DNA of 64,000 nt from positions 5,141 through 69,140 of the IMG/VR virus record IMGVR_UViG_3300042363_001075; one strand, given 5' to 3'. Positions 26,127-35,894 of the stretch are shown here, piece after piece. The notes under the pieces were generated by a model, which did not search any database, was not told the DNA's origin, and worked only from the letters and a program-made list of their open reading frames with translations. Position numbers and translations under genes: made by a program. This stretch comes from a virus. Taxonomy: Duplodnaviria; Caudoviricetes. Positions within the stretch are counted from its first letter, which is position 1. Each line of letters begins with the position of its first letter.

Positions 26127-27105
26127 AAAAACTGCACTAATTACGGGTATCAACGGACAAGACGGATCATATCTTGCCGAACTACTTTTGGATAAAGGTT
26201 ATGAAGTTTGGGGAACAGTTAAAAGAAACTCCGTGTCAGAAACGCAATCCACAAGAATTGAACATCTCAGGGAAACAAACAAATTAAATTTAGAATACGC
26301 CGACCTTACAGATATGGGATCTTTAATTAGTATCCTGTCTAAAGTTCAACCCGATGAGGTTTATAATTTGGCGGCACAATCTCATGTTAGAATTAGTTTT
26401 GATCAACCAATATATACCGCAAATGTTACAGGTGTTGGCACATTAAATCTATTAGAGGCAATTAGAATTGTATCACCACATTCAAAAATATATCAAGCAT
26501 CTTCATCAGAAATGTTTGGTAACTCGATTGATGAGGATGGATATCAAAGAGAAACCACCCAAATGAACCCTGTCTCACCATATGGGTGTGCAAAAGTGTT
26601 CTCATATAATATTTGTAGAAACTACAGAAATGCATACAATATGAAAATATGGAACGGTATTCTGTTTAACCACGAATCACCAAGACGAGGAACTAACTTT
26701 GTAACAAACAAAGTTGTAAAAGCTGCTGTCAGAATTAGTTTAGGTTTACAAGAAAAACTACACATTGGAAATTTAGAGGCAACAAGAGATTGGGGTCACG
26801 CTAAGGATTATGTGTACGCAATGTGGTTGATGTTACAATCTGACAAACCTGACGATTATGTGTGTGCAACTGGAGTATCACACACAGTTCAAGATTTATG
26901 TAGTTATGTGTTTAGTTCATTAGGTTTGGATTATTTAGATCACATCGTAATTGATGAAAAACATTTTAGGCCAGAGGAGCTTGAGAATTTGAAGGGTGAT
27001 TCCTCCAAAATAAAAAAAGAACTATTATGGCAACCCGAATATACATTCGAGACCATGTTAGATGAAATGATAAATTATTGGTTAGAATATTATGGAAAGA
27101 AGTAA
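26119..27105 (+). CDS. gmd: GDP-mannose 4,6-dehydratase
   Basis: ALITGINGQDGSYLAE, YNLAAQSHV, YQASSSEMFG, SPYGCAK, LFNHESPRRG, RDWGHAKDYV. Confidence 0.97.
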   Translation: MDKKTALITGINGQDGSYLAELLLDKGYEVWGTVKRNSVSETQSTRIEHLRETNKLNLEYADLTDMGSLISILSKVQPDEVYNLAAQSHVRISFDQPIYTANVTGVGTLNLLEAIRIVSPHSKIYQASSSEMFGNSIDEDGYQRETTQMNPVSPYGCAKVFSYNICRNYRNAYNMKIWNGILFNHESPRRGTNFVTNKVVKAAVRISLGLQEKLHIGNLEATRDWGHAKDYVYAMWLMLQSDKPDDYVCATGVSHTVQDLCSYVFSSLGLDYLDHIVIDEKHFRPEELENLKGDSSKIKKELLWQPEYTFETMLDEMINYWLEYYGKK

Positions 27106-27538
27106 AAAAGTAGTGGGGATCACTTGTTCAACATTTGATCTTCTACACGCAGGTCACATTATAATGTTACAAGAGTGTAAAAAATATTGCGACTATTTAA
27201 TATGCGCACTTCAAAGTGACCCAACTATAGATAGAAAAGAAAAAAACGCCCCGATACAATCATTGGTGGAGAGATATATACAACTTGACGCGGTTGAATA
27301 TGTGGACAAAATAATTCCTTACAACACTGAACAAGAATTGGAAACAATATTTGCTTCTATGGATTTAGATGTGAGAATTATTGGTGAAGAATATAAAGAT
27401 AAAGATTTCACAGCAAAAAGAGTTTGTGAAAAAAGAGGAATTAAACTGATTTACAATAAAAGAGATCACGACTTTTCCACAAGCAGTTTAAGAAAAAGGG
27501 TTTATGAAGAGGAATCCGCTAAAAGATTTGTAAAATAA
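27092..27538 (+). CDS. Glycerol-3-phosphate cytidylyltransferase-like (TagD family)
   Basis: CSTFDLLHAGH (HxGH), ERYIQL, RDHDFSTSSLR. Confidence 0.85.
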   Translation: MERSKKVVGITCSTFDLLHAGHIIMLQECKKYCDYLICALQSDPTIDRKEKNAPIQSLVERYIQLDAVEYVDKIIPYNTEQELETIFASMDLDVRIIGEEYKDKDFTAKRVCEKRGIKLIYNKRDHDFSTSSLRKRVYEEESAKRFVK

Positions 27539-27540
27539 AT

Positions 27541-28272
27541 ATGACAAGAAGAAAGCCACAACCAACCGAGGAACCTTATGTTCCGATTAATTCAAAACGA
27601 GATATAATCTCACAAGTAGTTAAGAAAAGACCAAAAAGTAAATTTCTTACAGAGAATCAAAAAATTTATGCCGAGACATTATTAAACAATCAAATAACAA
27701 TTTGTTCAGGTCCTGCCGGTGTTGGTAAAAGTTATATCGCAATGAAAACGGCTGTAGATCTTTTACTCGATGATGGTAATGGGTATGATAAAATTATTAT
27801 AGTAAGACCAGCGGTTGAGGCCGAAGAAAAATTAGGAGCGTTACCAGGAAACTTAGAAGAAAAATTAGATCCTTATATTTTCCCATCTTATTACCTTTTA
27901 AATAAAATTATTGGTAAGGAAGCTAGAGAAAAATTAAAAGATGCTGAAATCATCGAGGTGTTTGCTTTGGCGTATATGAGAGGTATGACAATTGACAACT
28001 CTATTTTGATTTTTGAGGAAGCTCAAAATGCAACTCCTAAACAAATGAAATTATTACTAACAAGAATTGGTACAAGTACTAAATTTTTTATTTCGGGCGA
28101 TATTGAACAAACAGATAGATATAAAGACAAAAAACAATCAGGTCTTTACGACGCACTAATTAGATTTAACAATATTCCAGGAATTGGTGTTTTTGAATTT
28201 GGTGATAAAGATGGTGTACGAAATCCTATAATCACAAAAATTTTACAAAAGTATGACGAAGATAGGGATTGA
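27541..28272 (+). CDS. phoH: PhoH-family ATPase
   Basis: GPAGVGKSY, RPAVEAEEKLGALPG, AYMRGMT, EEAQN, LTRIG, GDIEQTD. Confidence 0.93.
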   Translation: MTRRKPQPTEEPYVPINSKRDIISQVVKKRPKSKFLTENQKIYAETLLNNQITICSGPAGVGKSYIAMKTAVDLLLDDGNGYDKIIIVRPAVEAEEKLGALPGNLEEKLDPYIFPSYYLLNKIIGKEAREKLKDAEIIEVFALAYMRGMTIDNSILIFEEAQNATPKQMKLLLTRIGTSTKFFISGDIEQTDRYKDKKQSGLYDALIRFNNIPGIGVFEFGDKDGVRNPIITKILQKYDEDRD

Positions 28273-28918
28273 TGTTAATGGTGTTTTAAGAGATACAATT
28301 GGTAAGTTTGAGCAACTTTATACTAAACACTTAGTTGAGAAAGACGACAAAGAATTTCTTAACGCTACTTATCGATTAGATTTAAATGGGAATCCAATTT
28401 TAATTGAAAATAAAATTGATGACTTTGACTATAAAAAAATCTCTGAGGTTACGACTTTAAAATTAGACGATCATTTCACTTTTAAAAATGAAGATGAATT
28501 GTTCAGTTTTATATATGAGGAATATGCAATGGAGTTATTTGGTCACGCACCGTCAACCGAAATGACCACCTTCAACACACTAAACGATTTTTACCATGAA
28601 AATCGAGATAACAATGAATTATTAATCGTTTCAAATGAAATCGGTAAATCAAAACCGTCTACTTTATTCTTTCTTTCAAAGTTTGGGTGTCTATTAGAAA
28701 AGGTTGTTTTTTTTAGTGAAGTAACTAAAGATGATATGTGGAAACAAGTGGACATTTTACTTACGGCAAATCCCTCTTTATTATTAGAAAAACATGATGA
28801 TAAAATTGTTATAAAGTTTGAGACAACTTACAATAAACACATCGATTCGGAATACACAATTTTATCTCTTTCCGAATTGAGTCAAATAATTAATAAAATT
28901 AAAGAAAATGCTATTTAG
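28253..28918 (+). CDS. HAD-like (5'-nucleotidase-like) protein
   Basis: IGIDVNGVLRD resembles HAD motif I, with DxD changed to DxN. Confidence 0.5.
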   Translation: MTKIGIDVNGVLRDTIGKFEQLYTKHLVEKDDKEFLNATYRLDLNGNPILIENKIDDFDYKKISEVTTLKLDDHFTFKNEDELFSFIYEEYAMELFGHAPSTEMTTFNTLNDFYHENRDNNELLIVSNEIGKSKPSTLFFLSKFGCLLEKVVFFSEVTKDDMWKQVDILLTANPSLLLEKHDDKIVIKFETTYNKHIDSEYTILSLSELSQIINKIKENAI

Positions 28919-29162
28919 TACATTTGGGGATAATTACTATATCGACTTAGATAAATTAGAAAAAGAAATTGAGTTATCTACTACGGGGGAAACACATTAT
29001 CATTTGGTTAAGTATGAACTTTACAAAATGATGATAGAGACTATTTTAACCGAAGATGAACCTGTTGACGAGAAGTTAGGACCTAAAAACAGTGAATTAA
29101 CTGTTCCGTTTAAAATTTCATTTAACACATTAAGAGTTAAAAACATAATAAACAAAATATAA
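28908..29162 (+). CDS. Hypothetical protein
   Basis: 84 aa ORF in tightly overlapping operon. Confidence 0.65.
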   Translation: MLFSTFGDNYYIDLDKLEKEIELSTTGETHYHLVKYELYKMMIETILTEDEPVDEKLGPKNSELTVPFKISFNTLRVKNIINKI

Positions 29163-29168
29163 AAAAAT

Positions 29169-30227
29169 ATGAGTACGGAAAACTACGAAAAGTTACAGAA
29201 ATCAATAAGTAACATGAATGAGAAACTCTCAAGAATTTACTTTTTGGTCCAAGATACTAAAGGAAACGCAAAAGCATCAATTAAGTACATTTATGACATG
29301 GCACTTACTTTAAAAAATGCAGGATACAACGCAATAATCTTACATGAAAAACCTGAGTATTTTGGGGTATCATCTTGGTTGGGCGAAGAATACATGTCAA
29401 AACTTGATCACAGATCAATCGAAGGGACAAGTCTTGAAATTTCTCCAGACGATTTAATTATTATTCCTGAAATTTATGGATTTGTTATGGAACAAATTAC
29501 TAAACTTCCTTGTGGTAAAATTGTTTTAAGTCAGGCTTTTGACCATATGTTTGAGACCTTACAACCAGGTCAATCATGGCCACAATTAGGATTCTACAAA
29601 TGTATTACAACATCAAACAAACAAAAAGAATATATCGAATCAGTAATGAGAAGTGTTTCAGTTGATGTTATTGAACCGTTCATTTCTGAAAATTTTCAAA
29701 AAAGCAAGTTCCCACCAAAAACAATTGTAAGTATTCACACTCGTGATCATAGAGATACAACTAATTTAATTAAAAGTTTTTACATTAAATTTCCACAATA
29801 CAGATGGATTACATTTAGAGACCTTAGAGGACTTTCTCAAGAAGAATTCTCTGAAGCAATGAAAGAAAGTTTTATCTCTATTTGGGTTGACCAAGCAAGT
29901 TCATATGGAACTTTTCCTTTAGAATCTATGAAAATGGGAATACCTGTTTTAGGTTTAGTACCTGATATGACACCTTCTTGGATGACCGAAGATAACGGTC
30001 TATGGGTAAATAATAAAACAATAATCGTTGATGTCCTTTCCGATTTTATTCAAAATTGGTTAGAAGATAATATCAATCCTACATTATTTGAACAAATGGA
30101 AAAAACAGTGTCAGAGATTCAAACAAAAGAACAGTTTGAGGAAAACACAATCACCTTGTTTTCAAAAATGTTTGAGACAAGATTAGCTTCTTTTGAAGAT
30201 CAACTTTCTAAATTTGAAACAGTATAA
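29169..30227 (+). CDS. GT-B-like glycosyltransferase
   Basis: DLIIIPEI; C-terminal SSYGTFPLESMKMGIPVLG resembles the GT-B nucleotide-binding signature. Confidence 0.6.
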   Translation: MSTENYEKLQKSISNMNEKLSRIYFLVQDTKGNAKASIKYIYDMALTLKNAGYNAIILHEKPEYFGVSSWLGEEYMSKLDHRSIEGTSLEISPDDLIIIPEIYGFVMEQITKLPCGKIVLSQAFDHMFETLQPGQSWPQLGFYKCITTSNKQKEYIESVMRSVSVDVIEPFISENFQKSKFPPKTIVSIHTRDHRDTTNLIKSFYIKFPQYRWITFRDLRGLSQEEFSEAMKESFISIWVDQASSYGTFPLESMKMGIPVLGLVPDMTPSWMTEDNGLWVNNKTIIVDVLSDFIQNWLEDNINPTLFEQMEKTVSEIQTKEQFEENTITLFSKMFETRLASFEDQLSKFETV

Positions 30228-30229
30228 TT

Positions 30230-31033
30230 ATGAGTAACAATAAAATATCGGTGGTATTACCCATCAAGTCAGGAAAAGCAATTGGATTCGAAGATTTTTT
30301 TAAAAGATCTATTGAGTCAGTAAAAAATCAAAAGGACTTTTTACAGGAGTTAATTATTGTACACGGAATTGAGGAATATTTGTCTACTTTTCTTTCTTCA
30401 TTTGATTTTGAAGGATTGAATGTTCGTTTAATCGAATGGTCGGATTCACCAAGTTTCGCTAAACAAGTTAACCATGGGGTTGAGATTTCAGATTCTAATT
30501 GGTGTTCAATATTAGAATTTGACGATGAGTATTCAAATATTTGGTTTAAAAACGCAACTAACTATATGGATATTTATAAAGATGTAGATGTATTTCTACC
30601 TATAGTTGTTGATGTAGATGATAAGTTAGTTTTTGCAGGTTTTACAAATGAGGCAACATTCGCCGCAAATGTTTCGTCGGAAATGGGAATTTTAACAAAC
30701 GAAACTTTACAAACATTCCAAAATTTCCAAATATCAGGAATGGTTTTTAGTAAAGAAAAGTTTTTAGAAATGGGTGGTTTAAAATCAAATTTAAAACTCA
30801 CTTTTGGGTATGAATTATTTTTAAGATTGACATATAACTCAACTAAAATAATGACTATACCTAAGATTGGTTATAAACACATGAATTTGCGTGAGGGATC
30901 AATTTTTTGGAACTATAAAAATGGTGAAGATAAAATGTCCCAAGATGAGGCAAAGTTTTGGATAGATTCCGCAAAAAAAGAATATTTCTACAACAATGAG
31001 AGAGAAATAAAATATGAACCTCAAGAAATTTAA
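30230..31033 (+). CDS. GT2-family glycosyltransferase
   Basis: ISVVLPI, SIESVKNQ, QVNHGV...WCSILEFDD, FLEMGGL. Confidence 0.7.
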   Translation: MSNNKISVVLPIKSGKAIGFEDFFKRSIESVKNQKDFLQELIIVHGIEEYLSTFLSSFDFEGLNVRLIEWSDSPSFAKQVNHGVEISDSNWCSILEFDDEYSNIWFKNATNYMDIYKDVDVFLPIVVDVDDKLVFAGFTNEATFAANVSSEMGILTNETLQTFQNFQISGMVFSKEKFLEMGGLKSNLKLTFGYELFLRLTYNSTKIMTIPKIGYKHMNLREGSIFWNYKNGEDKMSQDEAKFWIDSAKKEYFYNNEREIKYEPQEI

Positions 31034-31776
31034 TGCTAGAGAATGAAACTGAATCGACATTAGAAAAGAAAAAGAAAGGTAGAAAACCAAAAACAAATAA
31101 TTATTTTGATGAGAGAGAAGAAAGGGCCGTAAGGTTGTTTTTAGTAGCAGAAACCTACGAAGAAAAAAACAAAATATATAACGAGTTTTTAAAAGAACCT
31201 TTAGACAAAATGATATCTTCAATCATCAGAAGATATAAATTGTACAGGAAAGACATGAACTATGAAGAAATACACATAGATACCCATTCTTTTCTCATGA
31301 CCAAAATTGATAAGTTTAAGCCTTCTAAAGAAAAAAAGGCTTATTCTTATTTTGGTACTATTTGTAAAAATTATTTGATGGGTCAAATAATGAAAGATCA
31401 AAAAGAAATGAATAGAAAAATTTCTTATGAAGATATTTCTGCTGATTTATCAAACCGACCAGACTTTTCTTATACGATAGAAAATGATGATTTAAGTTCA
31501 GAGACAATAATAAAAAAGTTTTTAGAAAAACTAAAAACTAACCTTGAGGAGTCAATCGACAACGAACACGAACAAAAACTTGGATCCGCAATTTATGATT
31601 TGTTTGATAATTACAATTTAATTTTTCCTGATAGTAACAATAACAAATTTAATAAAAACATAATTCTTTTTGAATTAAGGGAGATGACTAACTTATCAAC
31701 TAAAGAAATTAGAACCTCAATCAAAAAATTTAAAAAATTGTATTTTGATTTAGTTCAAGAATTATTAAAAAATTAA
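31033..31776 (+). CDS. Putative phage RNA polymerase sigma factor (gp55-like)
   Basis: KIDKFKPSKEKKAYSYFGTICKNYL resembles sigma region 2; C-terminal HTH-like ELREMTNLSTKEIRTSI. Confidence 0.6.
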   Translation: MLENETESTLEKKKKGRKPKTNNYFDEREERAVRLFLVAETYEEKNKIYNEFLKEPLDKMISSIIRRYKLYRKDMNYEEIHIDTHSFLMTKIDKFKPSKEKKAYSYFGTICKNYLMGQIMKDQKEMNRKISYEDISADLSNRPDFSYTIENDDLSSETIIKKFLEKLKTNLEESIDNEHEQKLGSAIYDLFDNYNLIFPDSNNNKFNKNIILFELREMTNLSTKEIRTSIKKFKKLYFDLVQELLKN

Positions 31777-31783
31777 TATTTAT
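31776..31783 (+). promoter_or_regulatory. Putative late promoter box ATATTTAT
   Basis: 4 nt upstream of ATG 31788. Confidence 0.6.
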
Positions 31784-31787
31784 TGAT

Positions 31788-32159
31788 ATGCCAAGGCCAC
31801 CAAAAAAAGAAATTAATCTTAGTAAAGAATCAATGTTATCATTGATGCAGGAAATCTATAATGAACTTGTAGAACAAAGAAACACCGCTATTAGGATCCA
31901 AAACAAAATGTTAACAATGATGAAAGAACCTGAAGATATGACGCTTATAGGTCCTGTAATTGAGAAACAACAAAAAATTATAAATGACTGTGTTGAGAAA
32001 AAATTAACTCTTTCTAAACTACAATCGACAATGTGGCAAAAAAATACAGACAAAGAAGACGATTTTACATTATCGGATTTAGATATCGATGATGCAACAT
32101 TTCAAAGCTTATTAAAGAAAGATGTAGAGGATGATGGTAAATATAAAATGAAAAAGTAA
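31788..32159 (+). CDS. Hypothetical coiled-coil protein
   Basis: Basic N-terminus, two helices, acidic tail. Confidence 0.7.
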   Translation: MPRPPKKEINLSKESMLSLMQEIYNELVEQRNTAIRIQNKMLTMMKEPEDMTLIGPVIEKQQKIINDCVEKKLTLSKLQSTMWQKNTDKEDDFTLSDLDIDDATFQSLLKKDVEDDGKYKMKK

Positions 32160-32164
32160 TAAAA

Positions 32165-34111
32165 ATGGGAGTAGATATTAGAGAAGATGTAAAGACTGTT
32201 TCCAACCAAGTTACGACTTACCAACAGTACAAAGAATTTAAAGAAAGTTATGATGGTCTTAAAAAAGTTGCGGGAGACAATTATGAAGATAATAAAAAAT
32301 TCATAAGTGAAGTTTTAAATAAAGTTGATCGTAACAAAAGAAAACAAGATAGTACCTGCACTCCTTTTTTACAACATCTAATTAAACAACTAAAAAAATT
32401 AGATGGTACAGGTGAAGATACCAACAAGTTTGTAAAAAAGTTATATATCAACGCTCTTAAGGACACAAGAAAAGGTTTGGTTGAGTTACTTGTAAAACTC
32501 GCACAAGAATTTCTTAATTGTGGTGACAATCAAACATATCAAGTTAATTCCACATTTTATGTACCTGTTGATCAAGTAGATTTATTTGGAATGTTACAAA
32601 ATTCGCCTGATAGCAATATAGGAAAGTTTTTTTACGAACCAAAAAAGGCCGATTACCCACTATATTTGTCTGACCCAACAACTAACCCATATTCAATGAA
32701 TCGTGAGTTATATAACAGGATTCAAAATATGAATCAACCTTTTCAAGCGCAAAACAACAACTCTTACATTGGCACATCCTTCCAAGATCTTTTTGACATT
32801 ACATATGTTGAGTCTTATACAGACCTTAATAATCAAGTAATAAACGGTAGTTTTTTTAAAATAGATCTCCAACCAAGAACTACTTTCCCAACAATAAATG
32901 AATTTTTAAATGATTACTATTCATCAATTAATATATTAGAATATAAAACATTTTTTGCATATTTACTTGATTTTTCAACTGGAGTACTTTCTTTTGGTGC
33001 AAATGCCGGTAAATCTAAATTAGAGGTTGTTCAAAAAACAATGGCTTTAAATAAAAGACTATCTTGTTTATGTTCTGATACGACTAAAGAAATTTCAGTT
33101 GGTGGAACCGCAAAAGTTTCTGAACTTGAGGATATAAATGATTCTTTTTTTGAATTAAGTGATGTTGAACTTAGAATAATTGAACAGAATATCTCAAACA
33201 TTAAATTAGGTGTTGTTGAATTCGAGGATTGTGATAATGTTCAAGTCCCCATGAATTTACAAGCGTCTATTGATGCGTTAGATCAATTAACATTTAATGA
33301 AGACACAAATAATCCTGACGAATTAAATGACGCTCTTGGTATTCTTTATCCAGCAACAAGCGAAAGTTTTAAAGCATCGTTAGATGCAAGTTTTTTAGAT
33401 CAATTTATTAACGCAGTTATGGCGACAGTACTTTCACCAAAGGCTATTTTGCCGTTTATGACTATGGTTTATGCAACTAATCAAAAAGTACCACAAGAAC
33501 CATTTTTTGATATTGAGAAATTCGCTAAGAATTTTCGTACTTATTTTGTGAAATTCATAACAGGTTTGGTTTCCAAATTAACTGAAATAGTTTTTAAACT
33601 TTTAAAAAAACAAATTGTTAAATTAGTTTCATTTATAAGAAAAAATTTGTCTGAAGAAAAAAGAGAAAAGACGCAAAAAATGATTTTATCAATTGTTTCA
33701 CTTTTAGCCGCTCCTGTTAATTTTGTTTTGGATTTTAGAGAATGTAAAAGTTGTTTAAATGAATTATTAAAAATATTAAATTTAGCGGTAACTGCCGCAA
33801 GAGTTAAGGCAGCAAGTAAACCTGGCGGTGAAGTACCTTTACCGTTGTTGTTAGCGTCAAAAGCTTTAGATGGGTATTCATCAACAAGGGCTTTTATGAA
33901 TGTGGTACAAGACTTAGAAGCTATAGGAGTTCCGGTTGGCCCAATGCCAGATGGTAGTCCAAACAAATTTGTTGCCTCAGTTTATTCTATTTTAAAAGGA
34001 CAAGAAAAAGAAATGACCGAAAATGGTAAAGTTGCTATTGGTATTGGGCCACTAACATCTTTACCAACAGGAATAACAATACCAAACGACGCTTATGGAA
34101 AACTCATTTGA
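32165..34111 (+). CDS. Hypothetical large protein, probably tail/baseplate associated
   Basis: 648 aa, in a late operon upstream of the gp5-like gene. Confidence 0.55.
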   Translation: MGVDIREDVKTVSNQVTTYQQYKEFKESYDGLKKVAGDNYEDNKKFISEVLNKVDRNKRKQDSTCTPFLQHLIKQLKKLDGTGEDTNKFVKKLYINALKDTRKGLVELLVKLAQEFLNCGDNQTYQVNSTFYVPVDQVDLFGMLQNSPDSNIGKFFYEPKKADYPLYLSDPTTNPYSMNRELYNRIQNMNQPFQAQNNNSYIGTSFQDLFDITYVESYTDLNNQVINGSFFKIDLQPRTTFPTINEFLNDYYSSINILEYKTFFAYLLDFSTGVLSFGANAGKSKLEVVQKTMALNKRLSCLCSDTTKEISVGGTAKVSELEDINDSFFELSDVELRIIEQNISNIKLGVVEFEDCDNVQVPMNLQASIDALDQLTFNEDTNNPDELNDALGILYPATSESFKASLDASFLDQFINAVMATVLSPKAILPFMTMVYATNQKVPQEPFFDIEKFAKNFRTYFVKFITGLVSKLTEIVFKLLKKQIVKLVSFIRKNLSEEKREKTQKMILSIVSLLAAPVNFVLDFRECKSCLNELLKILNLAVTAARVKAASKPGGEVPLPLLLASKALDGYSSTRAFMNVVQDLEAIGVPVGPMPDGSPNKFVASVYSILKGQEKEMTENGKVAIGIGPLTSLPTGITIPNDAYGKLI

Positions 34112-34331
34112 TTTAGACAAAAAAAGAGTAAAAGCCACAGAGGTTTTACAAACAATTAAAGAATATAAAGCAAAGTCTAATAAAGATTTACAAATCGCAT
34201 TAGAGTTTATTAACGAAGATTTCAAAGTAACAAAAGATTCTATAATTAAACTAACACATCATTTAGATTCGTTAGAGAACACATATAATATGTTACATAA
34301 AGAATATACAGATAGAATGAAAAATGCTTAA
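34095..34331 (+). CDS. Hypothetical small coiled-coil protein
   Basis: 78 aa ORF overlapping both neighbours. Confidence 0.6.
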   Translation: MENSFDLDKKRVKATEVLQTIKEYKAKSNKDLQIALEFINEDFKVTKDSIIKLTHHLDSLENTYNMLHKEYTDRMKNA

Positions 34332-35874
34332 TGACTTAAAAGTAATATTTCAAGGGTTTGTCACAAACAATCAAGATCCATTAATGTTAGGTAGGGTTCG
34401 AGCGGTTCCTATCGATCAAACCGAATCTGCTTTACTACCACAAGATTGGAATCCTGAAAAAGATATTTGGACTTCAAGAGACCCTTTAATTTATTTACCA
34501 CTTTTACCTTATTATATAAGTCAAGTTCCAAAAGTTGACGAATACATTCATATTTTTTATTACAACACAAGTCAAACCGTAGACAACACAAAGTTCTACA
34601 TACAGGGTCCTATATCAAGACCTCAGAATAATAATTATGAAAATTGGCACAACTCTGAATCATTATTAGCGTCGGGTCCGTTTTTAAAACAAGCCAACAA
34701 CATTAAAGACCCTTTGAGTTTTGTAGTTAAAGGTGAAGCAAAAGGTATATATCCAGAACCAGGTGATAATTCACTTTTGGGTAGAGGTACTGCGGATGTA
34801 ATTGTAAAAGAAGATGAGGTTTTAATTAGAGCAGGAAAAAACATTACAACTCAAACGGCAGGATTCAACTTACCAACACCAAGACAAAATAGAAGTTTTG
34901 TACAGTTATCAAGTTTTACTCAAGAAAAGAAAGAATTAGAACCAATTAAAAAAACTTTATTCGAAAGAAAATCTTTATTAATAAAGAAATTAGTGGAATG
35001 GGAAATTACTAGTCAAAACCAAGTTACGGGTCCGTCACCAAATGGTACTACAGGTACAACATTTTATAACGGTAATATTAAGTTATATTCACTTCTCCCA
35101 AAAGATCAAACAAAAACAACAGTTGTTAATATGAACACCCCATTGGATTCTTTGAAAAGTCCTGTGGAATATTCATTATTTTTTACGGGAAAAACTAAAG
35201 AGGAAGGTATTGCAATTATTAATCAATTTATAACAGGAGTTAATAAAGGTAAAATAACGATCAATGGGTATAGACAATTCCCATTTGAATCTGATTCAAG
35301 GATACAAGGTCAATTTCCTTTTTATTTTAGACCAACAAAGAATAATGTTGATAAGTTAGTTTCAACGGGATCTACTGATTTCAACATGGTTAATGATTTC
35401 TTTAGGAAAATTAAACTTTTACCTTCAGATCAACAATTTGGTAGTGTTTTAGTTTGGAAACAAAATGTTATTGGCGAGCAATTAACTAGAAAAGAAATTT
35501 CAGAAAGACAAACTGTTTATAATCGAAATCCAGTCTCTTATGGTACAATGGCGGGAGATTTCTTGTATTTACTATCACATAAAACTGATATACCGGCAAA
35601 AGCAAAAATTAATTTATTACCCAAAGAAACATTATACGGAATTACTCAAGAATATTTTACAGGTGATATATTACCAAATACGGACCCAATGGTAAGAGGT
35701 GATGAGTTGATGAAATTACTAAAGAAAATTGTGGACTTTTTAGGTTCTCATGTTCACAACATAAATGAGGCTCCAATTCCTATTGGTGTGGATGGAACAC
35801 AATTAGAAGAAATCAGAACAATTCTACAAGATGCTAATAACACAATACTAAATCAAAATATTCGAATTAATTGA
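34324..35874 (+). CDS. Baseplate hub/spike protein (gp5/VgrG-like)
   Basis: N-terminal OB-fold pattern GFVTNNQDPLMLGRVRA...LPLLP...VPKVDEYIHIF; C-terminal PMVRGDELMKLL...SHVH (HxH). Confidence 0.65.
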   Translation: MLNDLKVIFQGFVTNNQDPLMLGRVRAVPIDQTESALLPQDWNPEKDIWTSRDPLIYLPLLPYYISQVPKVDEYIHIFYYNTSQTVDNTKFYIQGPISRPQNNNYENWHNSESLLASGPFLKQANNIKDPLSFVVKGEAKGIYPEPGDNSLLGRGTADVIVKEDEVLIRAGKNITTQTAGFNLPTPRQNRSFVQLSSFTQEKKELEPIKKTLFERKSLLIKKLVEWEITSQNQVTGPSPNGTTGTTFYNGNIKLYSLLPKDQTKTTVVNMNTPLDSLKSPVEYSLFFTGKTKEEGIAIINQFITGVNKGKITINGYRQFPFESDSRIQGQFPFYFRPTKNNVDKLVSTGSTDFNMVNDFFRKIKLLPSDQQFGSVLVWKQNVIGEQLTRKEISERQTVYNRNPVSYGTMAGDFLYLLSHKTDIPAKAKINLLPKETLYGITQEYFTGDILPNTDPMVRGDELMKLLKKIVDFLGSHVHNINEAPIPIGVDGTQLEEIRTILQDANNTILNQNIRIN

Positions 35875-35881
35875 TATTTAT
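35874..35881 (+). promoter_or_regulatory. Putative late promoter box ATATTTAT
   Basis: 13 nt upstream of ATG 35895. Confidence 0.6.
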
Positions 35882-35894
35882 TAAATAAAAGTAA

